Source: the human T2T-CHM13v2.0 reference genome, Homo sapiens
NCBI RefSeq assembly: GCF_009914755.1
Contig: NC_060936.1
Reading direction: 5' to 3' (one strand)
Length of the DNA stretch: 64,000 nt
The position numbers and the translations under genes were made by a program. This document shows positions 20,819 through 35,552 of this stretch, in pieces (position 1 is the first letter of the stretch; every line of letters starts with the position of its first letter). The notes under the pieces are model-generated. The model was not told the DNA's origin, searched no databases, and saw only the letters and a list, made by a program, of their open reading frames with translations.

Positions 20819-20866
<48 letters not shown>
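20819..20866. repeat. (TA)n microsatellite
   Basis: Uninterrupted AT run. Confidence 0.95.
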
Positions 20867-20870
<4 letters not shown>

Positions 20871-21810
20871 TGCACAGAAAATATCTTGGGAAGAAACACA
20901 TGTATATATTCAACATTGGTTATCTTGGGCTGGTGGTATTTTGAGTGAATTTCTATTTTTTTTACTTGTATGTATATTCGAAGTTACCTTCAATAAGCAA
21001 GTGTTTATTTTGTTTTGCTTTGTTTTATTTTTAAAGAGATAGCAAGGTTCTTAGAAAATAGTGATTTTGGCAGAAGGTTAAAAAACCAAAATTACTCCAA
21101 GGCATAAATTTTACTATTTAAGCAATATGTAAACAATTCTCATTTAATTTTTTTTTTTAGTATTAGCCATTTTGAGTAATACTAACTTCAAACAAGTATT
21201 GCTAACATTTTGCAGAAGAGAAAAACATTGGCTAGCTGAGCAAAGGAGGCTGCATTGTAATTTATGTGGAATTTGTAACTCGTATTTGAAGACAATAATG
21301 TTTGTTTGTATTTAAAAGAGAAACTCCCACTGGCACTTTAAAATCTGCCAACATCATAATGGTTTTGCTTCACTTAAGAATTAGAAAATATTGAAAAAGG
21401 TCACTGCTTATATCTGTCATGGTAAAAACCTGACCATATTCAGCAGCTTGATTTTGGCTAAAATAACATGCATGTGCTGCATGTCTATGTGGCATACCAA
21501 ATTGAAATGGAATATTGTGCTTTCTCCTCAGCTGTGATGAACATTTATTTTGTAGATTTTATTTTCAAGAGAAGAACTATTGTAATTCATATAGTATACT
21601 TTTTTTTGCACCCCAAGTCTTATCACTTGTTTTATTTTAGAACAGCACAAATTTTGAGAATCAAATATCAACATTGTACAAAAGATCCATAAAATTGTGC
21701 AACGGAGTCTTAAGGAAATAATCTGACTGTAATATTAAGATAATAAATGTGTAATCAAATACATGAGAATTATTTGCTGTTAAAATCAGTCTATTAAAAT
21801 CAACATATTT

Positions 21811-21866
21811 GTGTGTATATATATGTATATATATGTGTGTATGTGTACATATATATACATACACAA

Positions 21867-21915
<49 letters not shown>
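21811..21915. repeat. (TA)n/(TG)n compound microsatellite next to Alu tail
   Basis: Direct inspection. Confidence 0.9.
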
Positions 21916-21920
<5 letters not shown>

Positions 21921-21921
21921 C

Positions 21922-22200
21922 TTTTTTTTTGAGGCAAGGTCTTACTTCATAACCCAGGCTGGAATGCAGCCTGCATGGCTCACTGCAGCCTTGACCTCTT
22001 GGGCTCAAGCAATCCTCCCACCTCAGCCTCCTGAGCAGCTGGGACCACAGGCACATGCTACCACACCCAGCTAATTGTTTTGTATTTTTTGTAGAGATGA
22101 GGTTTTGCCATATTGCCCAGGCTGATCTCAAACTCAAGGAAACTGCCCACCTCAGACTCCAAAAGTTTTGGGACTACAGGTGTGAGCCACCATGCCTGGC
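21922..22200 (-). mobile_element. AluJ
   Basis: CACTGCAGCCTTGACCTCTTGGGCTCAAGCAATCCTCCCACC, J-type diagnostics. Confidence 0.88.
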
Positions 22201-22822
22201 AAAATCAATGTTTAGGAAATGATTTCTACCTGTAGAATAAGTACATAGGCTATATACACATATTAAGATATATGCTAAAAGTAGTGCCAGAATACATCTA
22301 GTTATAGTTATATTCATTTCCTTGCTCTAACAGCAGCTGGTTTAATTACATCAAAGAAGAGGAAATTAATTAATCAGTAAGGAGATTCTATAGCTCTTTA
22401 TGTGATTAATGGTAAGGAGACCAGCCTCCAGAACTAGACTGAGTTCAAATCCCAATGATGTTATTATACTTACTTACCCAGGGGAGGTAGTGGTTGTGGT
22501 ATGAATTCACTCCAAGAGATGTACTTCAAAGAGTTTGAGATAAATATTTCCTTCTAACAATAACCAAACTTAACATAGTCAGGAGAGAATGAAATGTCAG
22601 GACTTGAGTGCATTAATCTCTGCTTCTCTTGCTCTGCCAGTTTCATTCTTTCCTACTGCATTGCAGGGTGCTCCATGGGCAACTGCAACTTTGCACATGG
22701 CCCTTTACCTTTGAGGCAACAACCTTTATGTATTTGCCAACAAAAAGGAGAGAACATCTGTCTCTGAGCTTTATTTCATAAAATCCAGTGCAATGACTGG
22801 CCAATCACGGTAACTGTGAGCG

Positions 22823-23366
22823 TGTATTACTTTTCCATTGCTGTGAAACCAAATACCACAAATTTAGTTGCTTTAAACAAAATACATTTATGATCTCAGT
22901 TTCTGTGGCTTAGGAGTTTGGATGTAGGTTAGCTGGGTTCTCTGCTCATGTCTTACAGCCTGAAACTGAATTGTTGGCTGGTTCTGTAGTTTCATCTGAG
23001 GTTTGGAGTCCTTCTCTTCCAGGCTCATTCACGTTGTTGGCAGAATTAAGTTCCTTGTGATTGTAGGACTGAGATCCCCATTTTTTGTCCCCATTTTTTT
23101 GTGAGTGGGTGCATTCTCAGCTACTAAAGGCCATGCTCATGTCCTAACCACTTGGCCTTCTGACATCCTGGCAGCTGACTTCTCCAAAGCCAGCAGGAGA
23201 ACCCCTCTCTTGTTCTGCTGCAATAAAGTCTTATATAATCATGGAAATGACTATCCCATCACATTCACTGGTCTCACCGCCCCCCCCAATAGGAAGAGAA
23301 TAATATAGAGTGTAAGTACCAGGGAGTGGGAATCTTAGGTGTCATCCTAGAATTTTGCCTATCGTA
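22823..23366 (-). mobile_element. MLT1-type solo LTR
   Basis: TGTATTACTTTTCCATTGCTG..ACCACAAATTTAGTTGCTTTAAACAA..GGCAGAATTAAGTTCCTTGTG..ATCCTAGAATTTTGCCTA. Confidence 0.75.
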
Positions 23367-24313
23367 GGGACTAGAGATTTGCACTTGGACCAGCCAGAGT
23401 CATAGCCCATTCCTATGAGCTCACAGAGCTAACTTATCCTCTACTCTTTGCTTCTTTTTTTCTGACATTTCAAAGTGTAAGGATAATGAATCTTATTCTC
23501 TGGATATAAAGCCTTTGCAGTCAGTCAGGGTTTTGCTGTCTTTTCTCTCCTGTTCCTGAATCCCAGATACTTTCATCATCAGAATTTCTCAGTAAATGTT
23601 TGCTGAACTGAATTCATTAATTAAATATGTTAAATGTGCTGATAATCTCTTTGAGAAATAAATTCCCACCTGTCCTGGCATCCACCTTAAAAACATCTAT
23701 TAGGAAAGCTATAAACGGACCAGAGCTCTGAATTACTTCACAACCACCACCAACTCAGACATAAAAACTCTTTTTGTTTAGTCCCAATTTTCAACATGAT
23801 ATTTGAATTTTAACCCACAACAATAAGTCCAAATATTTATCTTGGATTTTGAAGTGAAGCCACTTTATTAAATATGCCATATTCACTCAAAGTAAATTAA
23901 TTTGGATTAATTTGGTTGATTGAATCTCTTTTCATATAAGAACTGTTGCAATAACTATTTTTATACTGTGTAAATGAACATGCTAGAAAAATAATACCAC
24001 AAATTTTTAGGAAATTTTACATTGTAGAAAAGGCCAAGCCTAGTTATAAAACTAAAAAAATAATAAAAAATAAACCTTTTGGCATCACACTTAAGAAACC
24101 AAATATGGATGAAAAATGCTGCTAACCCATCTTTTATTTTCTTTCTCTTATAATTCATGCCACCAAAATAAAGCTTATGAATTTTATAGCAACAATGGCT
24201 TTCCCTTAAATAGTGATAGAAATATGGCTAATTTTGAAATACATTACAGCTTATGAAAATGTTTTGTGGCAAATTTTGAGTAAAATATCTTCTTTAAAGG
24301 AGGACAGTAATAA

Positions 24314-24725
<412 letters not shown>

Positions 24726-25403
24726 TAGTCTTAAATTCTTAAGCATGATTTCATTTTAATCTTACAAAAGTTCAGTTTTCCACACTCTGGAATGTGATGG
24801 ATTTTGGCTTCTCTAAAGAGTAAAGCATCAAGAAAGAAAAATCCCTATGGATATTGGAAAGAATCACATCATAGGTTAATAGTTGCCTCCATTGCCTAAA
24901 TGGCTTTTATCTATGCTTCTCCATCTGAAAAATAAGTTATTTTCTTTAGGAATCATGTTGAAATATCATTAAAGCTATACTTTTTTTTCTCTTGAAAGTG
25001 AAAACCCATAATTCTCTTAAATCTTTCACTTAATTTCTCTATACTTAATTTGTTAGGGCCTAATAAAAGGGTAAGGCAGGAACAAAACCACACTATTTCA
25101 AAGGACATCCTTTAGCAAGGAAAACATTTTGCTTGCTGGTTAGGGAAACCCTATTGATTAGCTTGCTACCTACTTTATTGACCTAATGGAGAGACTGATG
25201 TAAAACACAGGTGATGGTAATATTATGAAGGCTACTTATTTAAAATGACATTGTTTACACAGCAAATGGGAGTCAGAAGGCCATATTGAAAATACGTACC
25301 CATTATTCAATTTACTTAATGGATTTTGAATTTGATCATATTTCTCAAAGCCTAGAAGCTAATTCAATGGTGATAAGATCATTTTGTGGTATAATTGCCT
25401 TGA

Positions 25404-25723
<320 letters not shown>

Positions 25724-26382
25724 AATACCTTCTACTTTTAAAGACTCAAAAGATATGCAGAATCCCCAGGAATTAAAACAAAACAAATATAGTTCACACC
25801 TATAACTGTGCTTGAATCCTTGCCATCATGGAGTTCCTAATCTAGCTGAGTACATAAATGTATAAAAAGTAAATTTTTGTGCTACAGTATAAACAAAGAT
25901 CTACAGGAAAACAGACATGTAAATGTTTATGGCCTGTTACTTCATTGAGGGTACATATAAGTCAGGGTGCCAAGGAGGAGAGGAGAGAGATGAGGTTGAA
26001 AAGTGAATTTGGTGAGAGGTACATTATAGACAACAAAAAGTCACAACAGGCTTTTAAGTACCCTCCATGCATGATTATATAGTATCGTGTGTATTTCAGA
26101 AAGATCACACTGGCTAGTAGTATGTAAGAGAGATTGGGAGTATCAAACATGGAGACATAATCCAAGTGTTAGTGTATTAGCAGTAGCTGCAGTGAACTAA
26201 TGTTGGTTGTCTTTCAATTAAGTTTTTACACTCTACTAAGCACTCTTCAAGCTTACTCTTCACCACAGCCAAATTTTCAAAGAGCTGCTTAGCTAGTAAA
26301 GGGAGCCACAGGATCTGCACTGAGGTACAAAGTCTTAACATGATACATGTTTTCCAGACAGAGCAAAAGTGAGATCGCGCAC

Positions 26383-26414
<32 letters not shown>

Positions 26415-27249
26415 TTTAAAGTTTTCAATTAAGTCTGTAACAGTGGTAATAATGAAGAATTAATCAGCTTAAGAGGCAGTTTAGGAATGGAATCAAAGGG
26501 ATTTGCAGGATAAAGTGGCACTGGATGGTGAGAAAAGGATCTGAGGATGAAGAGGTAGTGATTTTCCTTTGGTTGTTTGGGTGAAGGATCTTTTCCTCAG
26601 GAAGAGCTGGAAAAGGAGTTTATAAATTTAGGTTTGAAAATATGGTTTTGAATCGTTTGTAGGGACATCCAGATGGAGATGCCCATTTTGGAGCTATAAA
26701 TACTTCTCTGAAGCCCTGGAAAGACATGAAATTCAAGATGGAGTGATCGAAGATCTTGAATATGGTAGAATCACAAGAGTGAATGAAGTATTCCACAGTC
26801 AAGGAAGGCACAACGGGTCAACTCAGTTTTTGAGTTGGCAGTGTTGGAGGACACAGTGACGCAGACTAAGCAAATGGAAGCAAGAGGGGAGGGAGATGTC
26901 AGGGAAGCTGAGATCTCGGGGTTCTATCAACATTCTCAAATGCCGCAGAGAACACACACACACACACAGGCACACACACACGTTAACAAGGAGTGTGGCT
27001 TCATACAAAGCCACATATTTGATCTTAAGCCAAAACTGGGCTATTCACAGCCATATAGTCGACTTCTGCTTTTTGTTTTGTTTTGTTTTGTTTTTAAATG
27101 AGATACCAATGTGTCCCACCTCGCGTTCTCCTTCATCGCCCTTCCCTTTCCTCCCTTCTTCTATGCAGAATGCAATTCTCCTCCACATTTCAATGTTTTG
27201 GGACTTGCCTCCCACTCCTCTCCCTTCCCAAGGCTTCCTGTCTCCATGG

Positions 27250-27600
27250 AAACATTCGCTTAATTAACCCAACGCAGGGAGAGGGCATCGCTGGCCCAAA
27301 CGAAAGCCGCCAGAGCAGCTGCAGCAAGAGCTGGAGCAGAGCGAGAGAAGGAGACTAAAGGGAGGCAGGCTGCGAGGTGGGCTGTGACCCAGGAATCGTG
27401 GGCAGCTTGGGCCGCCGCACCCAGAGCAGTGCCAGCACCTCCGGGCCAGTTGCCCTGGCACCCGAAACTTGCAAAGCACAGGCGCCGCGCGGCTGCAGGT
27501 CCGGGTCCGGGTCCAGATGGGGGTCAGGGCGGATTGCAGGGGTGCCGTGGCTCCTGCGACTTCTCAGCCTTGCATCCTCTGCACTTTGACTGTCTTCCAG
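27250..27600 (+). promoter_or_regulatory. GC/CpG-rich promoter-like patch with probable non-coding first exon (donor GAG|GTGGGC at 27376/27377)
   Basis: Non-repeat GC-rich patch with retained CpGs in an AT-rich window, 1.4 kb upstream of the ATG exon. That exon starts directly after an acceptor, so an upstream non-coding exon is required. TTAATTAA at 27260-27267, E-box CAGCTG at 27316-27321. Confidence 0.6.
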
Positions 27601-28791
27601 GTCTCAGCTCTTTCCTTCTTTCTCCACCAGTCTAACCATTCTTTAAACCTCAATCTTTTCGTTTATACTCTGCCTCTCTCTCACTGTTTCAAAAGTTGGT
27701 GCTTTTTGACTCTAAAATAGTGTGCATTAGGACAGGGGCTCTTTACACACTCCCAGGGCAAACACAGTGACTCACAGAATTGAATTTGAGTGGGGGTTTG
27801 GACTTAAAGAGCGGGCATCCTGGAGCTTTCCACTTTCGCATTTGTATTATAGTACACAGCCTTCAAAATTATAGTTTACGCTTAGATTTAGGGGGGAAAT
27901 TAATACCATAGCCCTAGAACACTTACATCAGGTTGCTTGGGAAAATGGGCAAAGTTAAAGCTTTGCAGTTTTGTGGAAGGGTCTGGATTTAACTATTAGG
28001 CATTTCTTTTTGACTGGGTTGCATTTTATCTGAGCTAAACTCCTGCTTAAGAAGACCTAAAGAGGATTCTGTAGGAATAAACTTGCTTTACAGTGAGCTT
28101 TCAGGAGCTTTAAATTTGATCCTGGGGAACTGTTTACTATTAAAATGGTATTTTCAGTTTTAAAAACATATACAAAATACAGGTTTTTTTTCTTTGTATC
28201 TTAAGTTGAATACAAAAGTTTTTAGGTCCTTGGGGGCTCCACGTTCCTATGAAAGGCTAGGCAAGCTTTTTAGATGAATATATTTTAAAAATAAATTGAG
28301 TTGAAACGACTATTGAACGTTGTTTCTATTTAAGTTTCAGTTTCATGTATTTTGAAATATTTTTCATGATGATGGTGTAATTTTAAAATGTGAGGAATTA
28401 GTTCCAAAGAAGCAGCAGTTGCATAGGTGTTCTAGATTTCCATTAATTGAGGTTAAATAATTTCACACAACACGATGTAATTTTGTGTAATTGCCTGATA
28501 ATTCATTTTATTTCTAACACCTCTTTTAAACTTAATTAAAACAGTTTCTAGAAATACGTTATTTTGTTATTTGTTGGAAAGTACTAATGTTTCCAATTTT
28601 ATTTAGTGGAAAAATTATGCAGCACTCACCTATTAATGCCTTAACATTCAATTGGATGAGCAGTCATTCTAAATTGAAAATTCATGACATTAAAATGATA
28701 TACACACACTCCATTTAAAGGATGTCCAATAGTTTAGTTTTGAAGCTAAAAAATACATGTTTAATTGAACTGAATACACTTTACTTTGCAG

Positions 28792-28839
28792 ATGGAGAAA
28801 TTAATTATTCTGCTGCTCTGGTTACAGTATGTTGTTAAG
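28792..28839 (+). CDS. Exon A: start codon and signal peptide MEKLIILLLWLQYVVK
   Basis: ttactttgcag|ATG, donor AAG|GTAAGA, hydrophobic h-region, phase 0 end. Confidence 0.8.
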
Positions 28840-29699
28840 GTAAGACATTTTTGAGTGCACCCTCTTTGGAATAATTAGCTAATGGGCAAGATGTGATTGC
28901 ATTGAATCTATCATTCTGGAAAATAAGGAGTATACTGAAGGGAAATAATGCTAAATATCAGGTTTAGTACCTAAGAAAAAAAATTTTCTTTGCTAGGTGT
29001 CACTCACATATGTATTTTTATAGCTTAAAAATTGTGTTGGAGATAATCATGGAGATAAATCAGAATTTGGGAAGAAGACAGAGTATAATAAGGCATTTCA
29101 GAGTTGTTTTTGGTAGGAATTTTGATACATATATTCTTTTGAAAGTTGAAATTTTTTTGTCATTGAGGGAACATCAAGGGTCTCTGATTCTGTGGTCTAT
29201 CTTACTTTGTTTGCTAATATTTTCATTATGCATAGATGAAATAAGGGTCTAAAATGACTCAGTGTCAAACATTTTGTACCCAAATGTATTTTCTTTGCAA
29301 ACGTGTTGTCAAGAATGTCTGCAAAATAATTCAGTTTTGTAGACATTATCCCCAAGGTTCACAATTGGCACTCCAGGAGGGTTTGCCATGTTTTCTCTAA
29401 GATTTTGAGTCTCTGCCTCTTCCCTTACCCCAGGGATACAATGTTTCTTAGTTAGAGAGACATGGATCTTAAATTTCCATGCTCTTATTTTACTTGCTTT
29501 ACTGAAGTCATTTTCAAAATTATATTTATAAATAGAGTAGCTGACAGAGTAATTCATGTGTAGACACTGATACTGCTGAAATGTTTAAAAATTATAATTT
29601 CATGTATTTTAGGTGTCATTTTAATAAATCTGCTTATAAAATAACAATCAAGAATGCATTTTTACTGTTTTTTACAGTTTTTTCGCTTTTCCATTTTAG

Positions 29700-29837
29700 A
29701 TCTCAAAAAATTTTCATTATATACCAATGAATAAACAAACAACAGAAGTTTTTATTGAATGGGATGAATTTCCTAAGGGAGGAAATCCTGAATTTTATTT
29801 TTTAAAATATCAACTTGTTAATGATTTTGCTCAAAGA
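29700..29837 (+). CDS. Exon B: FN3-like module 1, N-half
   Basis: ccattttag|, ISKNFHYIPMNKQTTEVFIEWDEFPKGGNPEFYFLKYQLVNDFAQR, |GTAAGG; phase 0-0. Confidence 0.8.
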
Positions 29838-30249
29838 GTAAGGAATCTTTTCTTGGTTCTGATAAAAAGTAAGCATAGTGTAAATCTGGTGTTACCAAGT
29901 GCCACATTGTAAATAGGAACCTAATAGTTATCAGGGTTTCTTATTTTATTAATATATAAAATGTTAGCATTTTTTGAAATATATTTAATAAGTAGATGAT
30001 CAAATAATATTTAACTTTTTCATAGGAATGACTATTTGTCTTTTTAGAATGTATATACCAAAGGAGAATAATTCTTTAAAAAATGTCTTTTATGTAGAAA
30101 TAAACATTTCATATATATATTTATATTCCACATTGAAAAACTACTTTTATGAAGGAGATATACAAAAGTCAAATTTTTAATTAATGTGCCTGGCTTAGAG
30201 ATAATGTTCAATAAACATTTCTTAAGCAGATGAATATAATTATTTGCAG

Positions 30250-30385
30250 AATGTAAAAAGTATTCTCGCAGACCCACAAAGATGTCAGAAATTAATAATA
30301 ACACTAAAGGAAAATGAAGATTATCACATCATTTTACAGTCCATGAGATATGGACAAATTTTAAGTGAAAAGTCATTTCAAATTC
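30250..30385 (+). CDS. Exon C: FN3-like module 1, C-half
   Basis: tttgcag|, NVKSILADPQRCQKLIITLKENEDYHIILQSMRYGQILSEKSFQI, |GTAAGT; phase 0-1. Confidence 0.8.
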
Positions 30386-30826
30386 GTAAGTAATGTATAT
30401 GTTGATCAACTATGTAAACTTTCATTACCAGATAATTTAAATTTTACAATGATTAACAGGTATAAAATGGTACTGTAAAATTATAATAGTATTATTTTTT
30501 ACATAATGTAAATCTCAGAATTTAAAGAAAATTATAAACTGAGGTAAGAATATAGTTTTAAGTTTTGGCATTTTATGTGTACTAGTGTGAATGGATAGGT
30601 AGAGTGGAGATTTTACGTGTTATCCAGATTATGTAAAAAATATAATGTGGTTCTGTAATCTAATTCATTCATTCTATGTAGAATAGAAGAAACTCCCATA
30701 TAGTCTAGAAAATATTTTATGGGTAGATAATGTTTTCTCATCATGGTGAATCATGTAACTCAATATCCTTTGTGTTTCATTCAATTTTATTTGAATCTGT
30801 GCTAATTATTCTCCCTGATTTTTTAG

Positions 30827-31084
30827 GTGGAATCTCAACTAGCAATATTAAAACAATAGCAACAAGTACAAGTATTTCTTTTAACTGGAGTGTGCCCTCT
30901 TCCAAAGATATATCAGTGTCAATATCTTTCAATAATTATTCACAAATTATGCAAAATAATGTTATGGTTTATGAGTGGGGTAATTTAAAACCTGCAGCTT
31001 TTTATGCTTTCACATTTGAATTTAAACAGTTACACTTGGATTTCATAAATATATTTCAGAGACTGGATGTTCAAGTTGAAACAG
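30827..31084 (+). CDS. Exon D: FN3 module 2
   Basis: 258 bp, phase 1-1. GISTSNIKTIATSTSISFNWS...WGNLKPAAFYAFTF...VET carries the FN3 W and LxPxxxY motifs. Confidence 0.85.
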
Positions 31085-32459
31085 GTATATAGACATTTGG
31101 TTCATCATTCATTATATATTTATTATATATTTTGTAGATAATGTAGCAGTTGTATTGTATTTCAAAAGAAAGTGATCTGGCCAAGTATTAATCACTGCAG
31201 GCTGCTTGTAATCAAATTAGCATAGTCTCCTTTTTTGACTATATCATTCTGGTATCTGACTGATTATTGAACAAGCTGGACTTAGCGGAGTAATGGTAGA
31301 AACCAACCTAATAACTTTATTTTCTTCCCAGCACTTCCTTTAAACCCAAGTGGGTTCTCTTTTTCTTTACTCTGACAAAGAGTCATACAAATTCCATAGC
31401 GTTTTAGGTTACTTTAATGAGTCAACAAACAGTCTCATTTTCAGGTATTACAAGATCCATTACAATATATTACAAACACACTGATCTTTCATCCTATTTA
31501 AAGCTTCTCTGTTACTCATCTATGATCAGACCTGACCACAATTAGGAAAAGTTTAGGGGAAAGGTGAATGTGTTCAATTTTAGGGTCTTCCTAGTTTCAT
31601 GTCTTTCCTCCACAAGGTGGGAACAGGTAGAAGGGGACAGAATCATAGATAGCTGATGAGGGCAGGACACTCTTTGTGACGGTCTGAGAGTGTCATTTTA
31701 ATATCCCCTACAGGAATAATAAAAAAGATACAACACATGTATTGTACAAGTGAAGTATAGAAACACTCAAATAGGAAGAAAAAATAAAATAAGGTAATTA
31801 AGCGTCCTTTCTCCTGTGGGGAAAAAAAAAGACAAAAGATCTTCAGAACTTTCTCACATATTCCTACTGTGTTGAGTTGAGGCACTGGTAGAATATTAAC
31901 ATGAACTGATGTGCAATATTTTCTCTGAACAGGCTGCTATTTTCTCCAGTCTTTCTGTGGTACATAATCTTGGAGAATAACGCTAAGCAGCCATTCCTGC
32001 TTTTTTTCTGGAAGGTAAACACTTTTGAAGTCAAGTGACTGAGAGCAAAATTTTTAGCAAGCATTGTGTCTAGTACTCCAAAATAAAAAGAAACCTGAAA
32101 TGTGATAAAAAGTTTGCTACCAATACAAAAGTAAGGGAAAAGAAAGGCAATCTAAAGTAAGGTTTTCTTTAGAAAGAAAAACATCGTTTTTTATTTTAAT
32201 AAAGTTATAATTGGACAATAATTCTGCATAACTAATTCTTACAGCTATTTAAAAAACCATGTTAATTGGTGGTAGTTTATTTGCTCCTTGATTAATAAAC
32301 AAAGCTTTAATATTTTTATTGGTTTGAAAGTAGTATAGGGAAGGTGCACACTTAATACTATGAGGTTTTCATAATTAACTTGTATACATATTAAGAAATA
32401 TAATTATGAAATGTTATATTACTGAATTCATCTTTAACAGGGGATTTTTCTTTTGGTAG

Positions 32460-32674
32460 GATCGTGTTCACAAGGATGGGCAGCATTAAAAAATAACTGT
32501 TATAGAATTAACAATGACAGTAAGCCATGGAATATAGCCCAGCAACATTGTAAGTTATCCTTAAGTTCTGCACACCTTGTGGATATAAAAAATGAAGAGG
32601 AAAAAAGTTTTGTATTTTCGTATCTCAGGTCAAACAATCAAATAATAATATGGACTGGTCTTAATGATATGAAG
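32460..32674 (+). CDS. Exon E: C-type lectin-like domain, N-half
   Basis: SCSQGWAALKNNCYRINNDSKPWNIAQQHCKLSLSSAHLVDIKNEEEKSFVFSYLRSNNQIIIWTGLNDMK; CxxGW...CY, W..A...C and WxGL motifs; phase 1-0. Confidence 0.9.
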
Positions 32675-33701
32675 GTCAGTAAATGTAAAGAGATACATAT
32701 ATTGTGATAAATGAAACTTTATTATCTATATTCATTCATGCATTCTTTATTCATTGATTTCTTCCTTCATTAATTCAATACAGTTTCTCTTTCTATAGAT
32801 ACCCAGTTTAATATATTTTTAGGCATCTTTTTTAAAACCTAATTTTCCTTTAATTTTGGTATTCCCCAGACCATTTCTAAGTTCATTTGAGTGATTTCAT
32901 CCATTTCTTCACTCAATTTATCACCTGAACCACCAATTATTCCTAAATTCTTTATCTAGTCTACTTTCCTCTTATGAGTCCAGACATATATCTAATTTTC
33001 TTCTGATTATCCCTCTGGCACTTCTTGCAGACACTGTAACATTGCCAAGACTGAACTTGCCTTCTCCCTCTAATCAAACCTGTTTCACTTCCTTTATTCC
33101 TCATCTCTGCAAACAGTGCAATAATATGAACCCCAAAACATGAAAAGTGTTTTTCCATTTTCTTCTTTTCACTCCACACATCAGTCTTGTGAAGCTCAAT
33201 TTTACTAAAAGCAATACAGAAAGATCTGGAGATTTTATTTAACACTAGTGAAATAAGGAGTGTGTAACATTTTTCTTCAACATTCCTAACACTTTGGAAA
33301 GTCTCATGAAACTTCATTTGGTCAGCATTTTGTAGAGAAACTCAAGACCTAACATAGTCATCTCTGTCTGTCTGTGTTTTCTTCTTGATGATCCACTGAC
33401 TTTTATTTCCTGGCACTCAAAGATAAATATGTTCTCCTTGAGATATCCTTATCTATAGTGAACTAAGGCAGATCCTACCAATTTGATGCCAACTTTCCTG
33501 TGGAGCTTTGCATAAGCTTGGGAAAACCTCTAGGAATCCTTAATTGCATTTTAAAAATTATTATTTTATTGAGTTTTCTTTATCTTTTAATAGGCAATGA
33601 ATGAAATTCTAATAAAGATTCCTTAAATCACAATTCATCTTAGACATCTCAGACTCCCTCTCCCAGCATGCCAGTCTCTTCTTAGCAAGTAGACCAGTTA
33701 A

Positions 33702-33831
33702 TGTGTGTGTGTATATATATATATATGTATATACACAACTATATATGTATACATATATAGTTGTGTGTGTATATATTTGTGTATATATATACACATATAC
33801 ACACATATATATACATACACACACACACACA

Positions 33832-33863
<32 letters not shown>

Positions 33864-33866
33864 TAC
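33702..33866. repeat. (TG)n/(TA)n/(CA)n compound microsatellite
   Basis: Direct inspection. Confidence 0.9.
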
Positions 33867-35223
33867 AGTTGTTTCCTACTGTTAGCATGATATATTAGGA
33901 AATTGGGGCACAGGGAGATTCACTTGCCCATATGGACATGCATCAGATGCTACCCTTAACCATGATATTTTGAGGTTGACATCAAAGTTACCTGCTACAT
34001 CATAATCCCCATGGTAGGTTCAGAAAGTAATTACTCCTTTAAGTAAATCTGTGCTGAATAAGTGCAAAATTGTTACTGGACTTCAAGGATGGAGAGTGTG
34101 TCTTATTCAGCATTCCATTCCTGGCTTCAAACTGGGGTTTGGTACTCAACAGGAACGTAATGAATGAAAGATTAATAGTCTCTTTCTTTCCTTTTGGGAT
34201 GCTTGCATAGGTAACCTTCATTTAGTTTTCACCTTATAGTTGTAGTAGGTGCTATCATTATTCCCATTTTATACAGGAAAATAGATCTTAGAGAGATCCT
34301 GGGGCACATAACTTATCAATGCCCATTCCAGGCCTTGAATTTATATCTGTCTGACCAACTCTCATGCCCTAATCACTTGAAATACTATCACTGATCATAT
34401 GCCTATTTTTAAAACTACAACAATACATATGTAATAAAGCAGACTTTTTGAGGAAATAGTATTTCTTCATTCTGTTAGGTGGAATTTGAATGCATTGTTT
34501 TAAAATCTTTTTAAAATGTCCAGAGGAAACAGGTCTCTTTAATTCTTACCCATGCAGCTTGGTTGGTGCTGTGCTTGATTTTGGGGATGGTCTGATGACC
34601 AAAATATAGACATAGTATCTGTTTTCATAGTGTTAATTATCTCTGTAAGTATTACATTTATTTTTTAAGGAGGTGTTATGTATTCGCTGTATTATAAACA
34701 TACTCTCTAAAACTATTGACAACTATGCAAAGTAGTCATGATTATTTCCATTGCACAGGCAAGAACATTTAGTTTCTAAGATTAGTAGTTGCCCAAGAGT
34801 AGATAGTTAAGTGTCAGAAATATAATTAGTATGCAGGAGTATTTTGTCAAAGCTTATACTTTTTTTCAACTACCCCTTTCAAGAAGGATAGATATATGAC
34901 AGATATTTATTACTTGTGAAAATTGGGTTGGTGACATTCACCAAGGACATCCTTTAGAAGGAAGGTATCAACAACCTCTCCTGACGCATGCAATTTATTT
35001 GATGATTTCAAATGAAATAACTAACATTTAATGAATATTTTCTCTGAGCCTCATTGTGTTGAGCCTTTGAATGTACTGCCTCTTTAATCATTACAACAAC
35101 CTTAAGATGTAGTTTCTATTATTATACTCATTTTACAGATGAGAAAATAGAGGCTTATTGCGAGATTTGCAATTCGCCTGAAGACATATGGCTAATGAGT
35201 TAATGAAAGTGAACTCTGTCTCT

Positions 35224-35358
35224 TGCTGCTGCTGCTGCTGCTTCCTTCTCCTCCTCCTCTTCTCCTCCTCCTCCTTCTCCTCCTCCTCCTTCTCCTCCTC
35301 CTCCTTCTCCTCCTCCTCCTTCTCCTCCTCCTCCTTCTCCTCCTCCTGCTCCTCCTCC

Positions 35359-35390
<32 letters not shown>

Positions 35391-35552
35391 TTCCGCTTCC
35401 TCCTCCTCCTCCTTCTCCTCCTCCTCCTCCTCTTCCTCCTCTTCCACCGCCTCCTCCTTCTCCTCCTCCTCCTCCTCTTCTTCCTCCTCCTCTTCCTCCT
35501 CTTCCACCTCCTCCTCCACCTTCTCCTCCTTCTCCTTCTCTTTTTTCTTTTT
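35224..35552. repeat. (CTG)n-(CCT/CTT)n polypyrimidine triplet repeat
   Basis: About 320 bp of near-pure pyrimidine on the + strand, abutting the tail of a minus-strand Alu monomer. Confidence 0.95.

Noticed and set aside
26835-27720. Cluster of ORFs over the GC-rich patch
   Set aside because: Low-complexity or GC-driven open frames with no domain signal; better explained as promoter, 5'UTR exon and intron.
29671-29699. Alternative acceptor for exon B at 29677
   Set aside because: Adds 22 nt and breaks the frame; the 29699 acceptor fits the chain.
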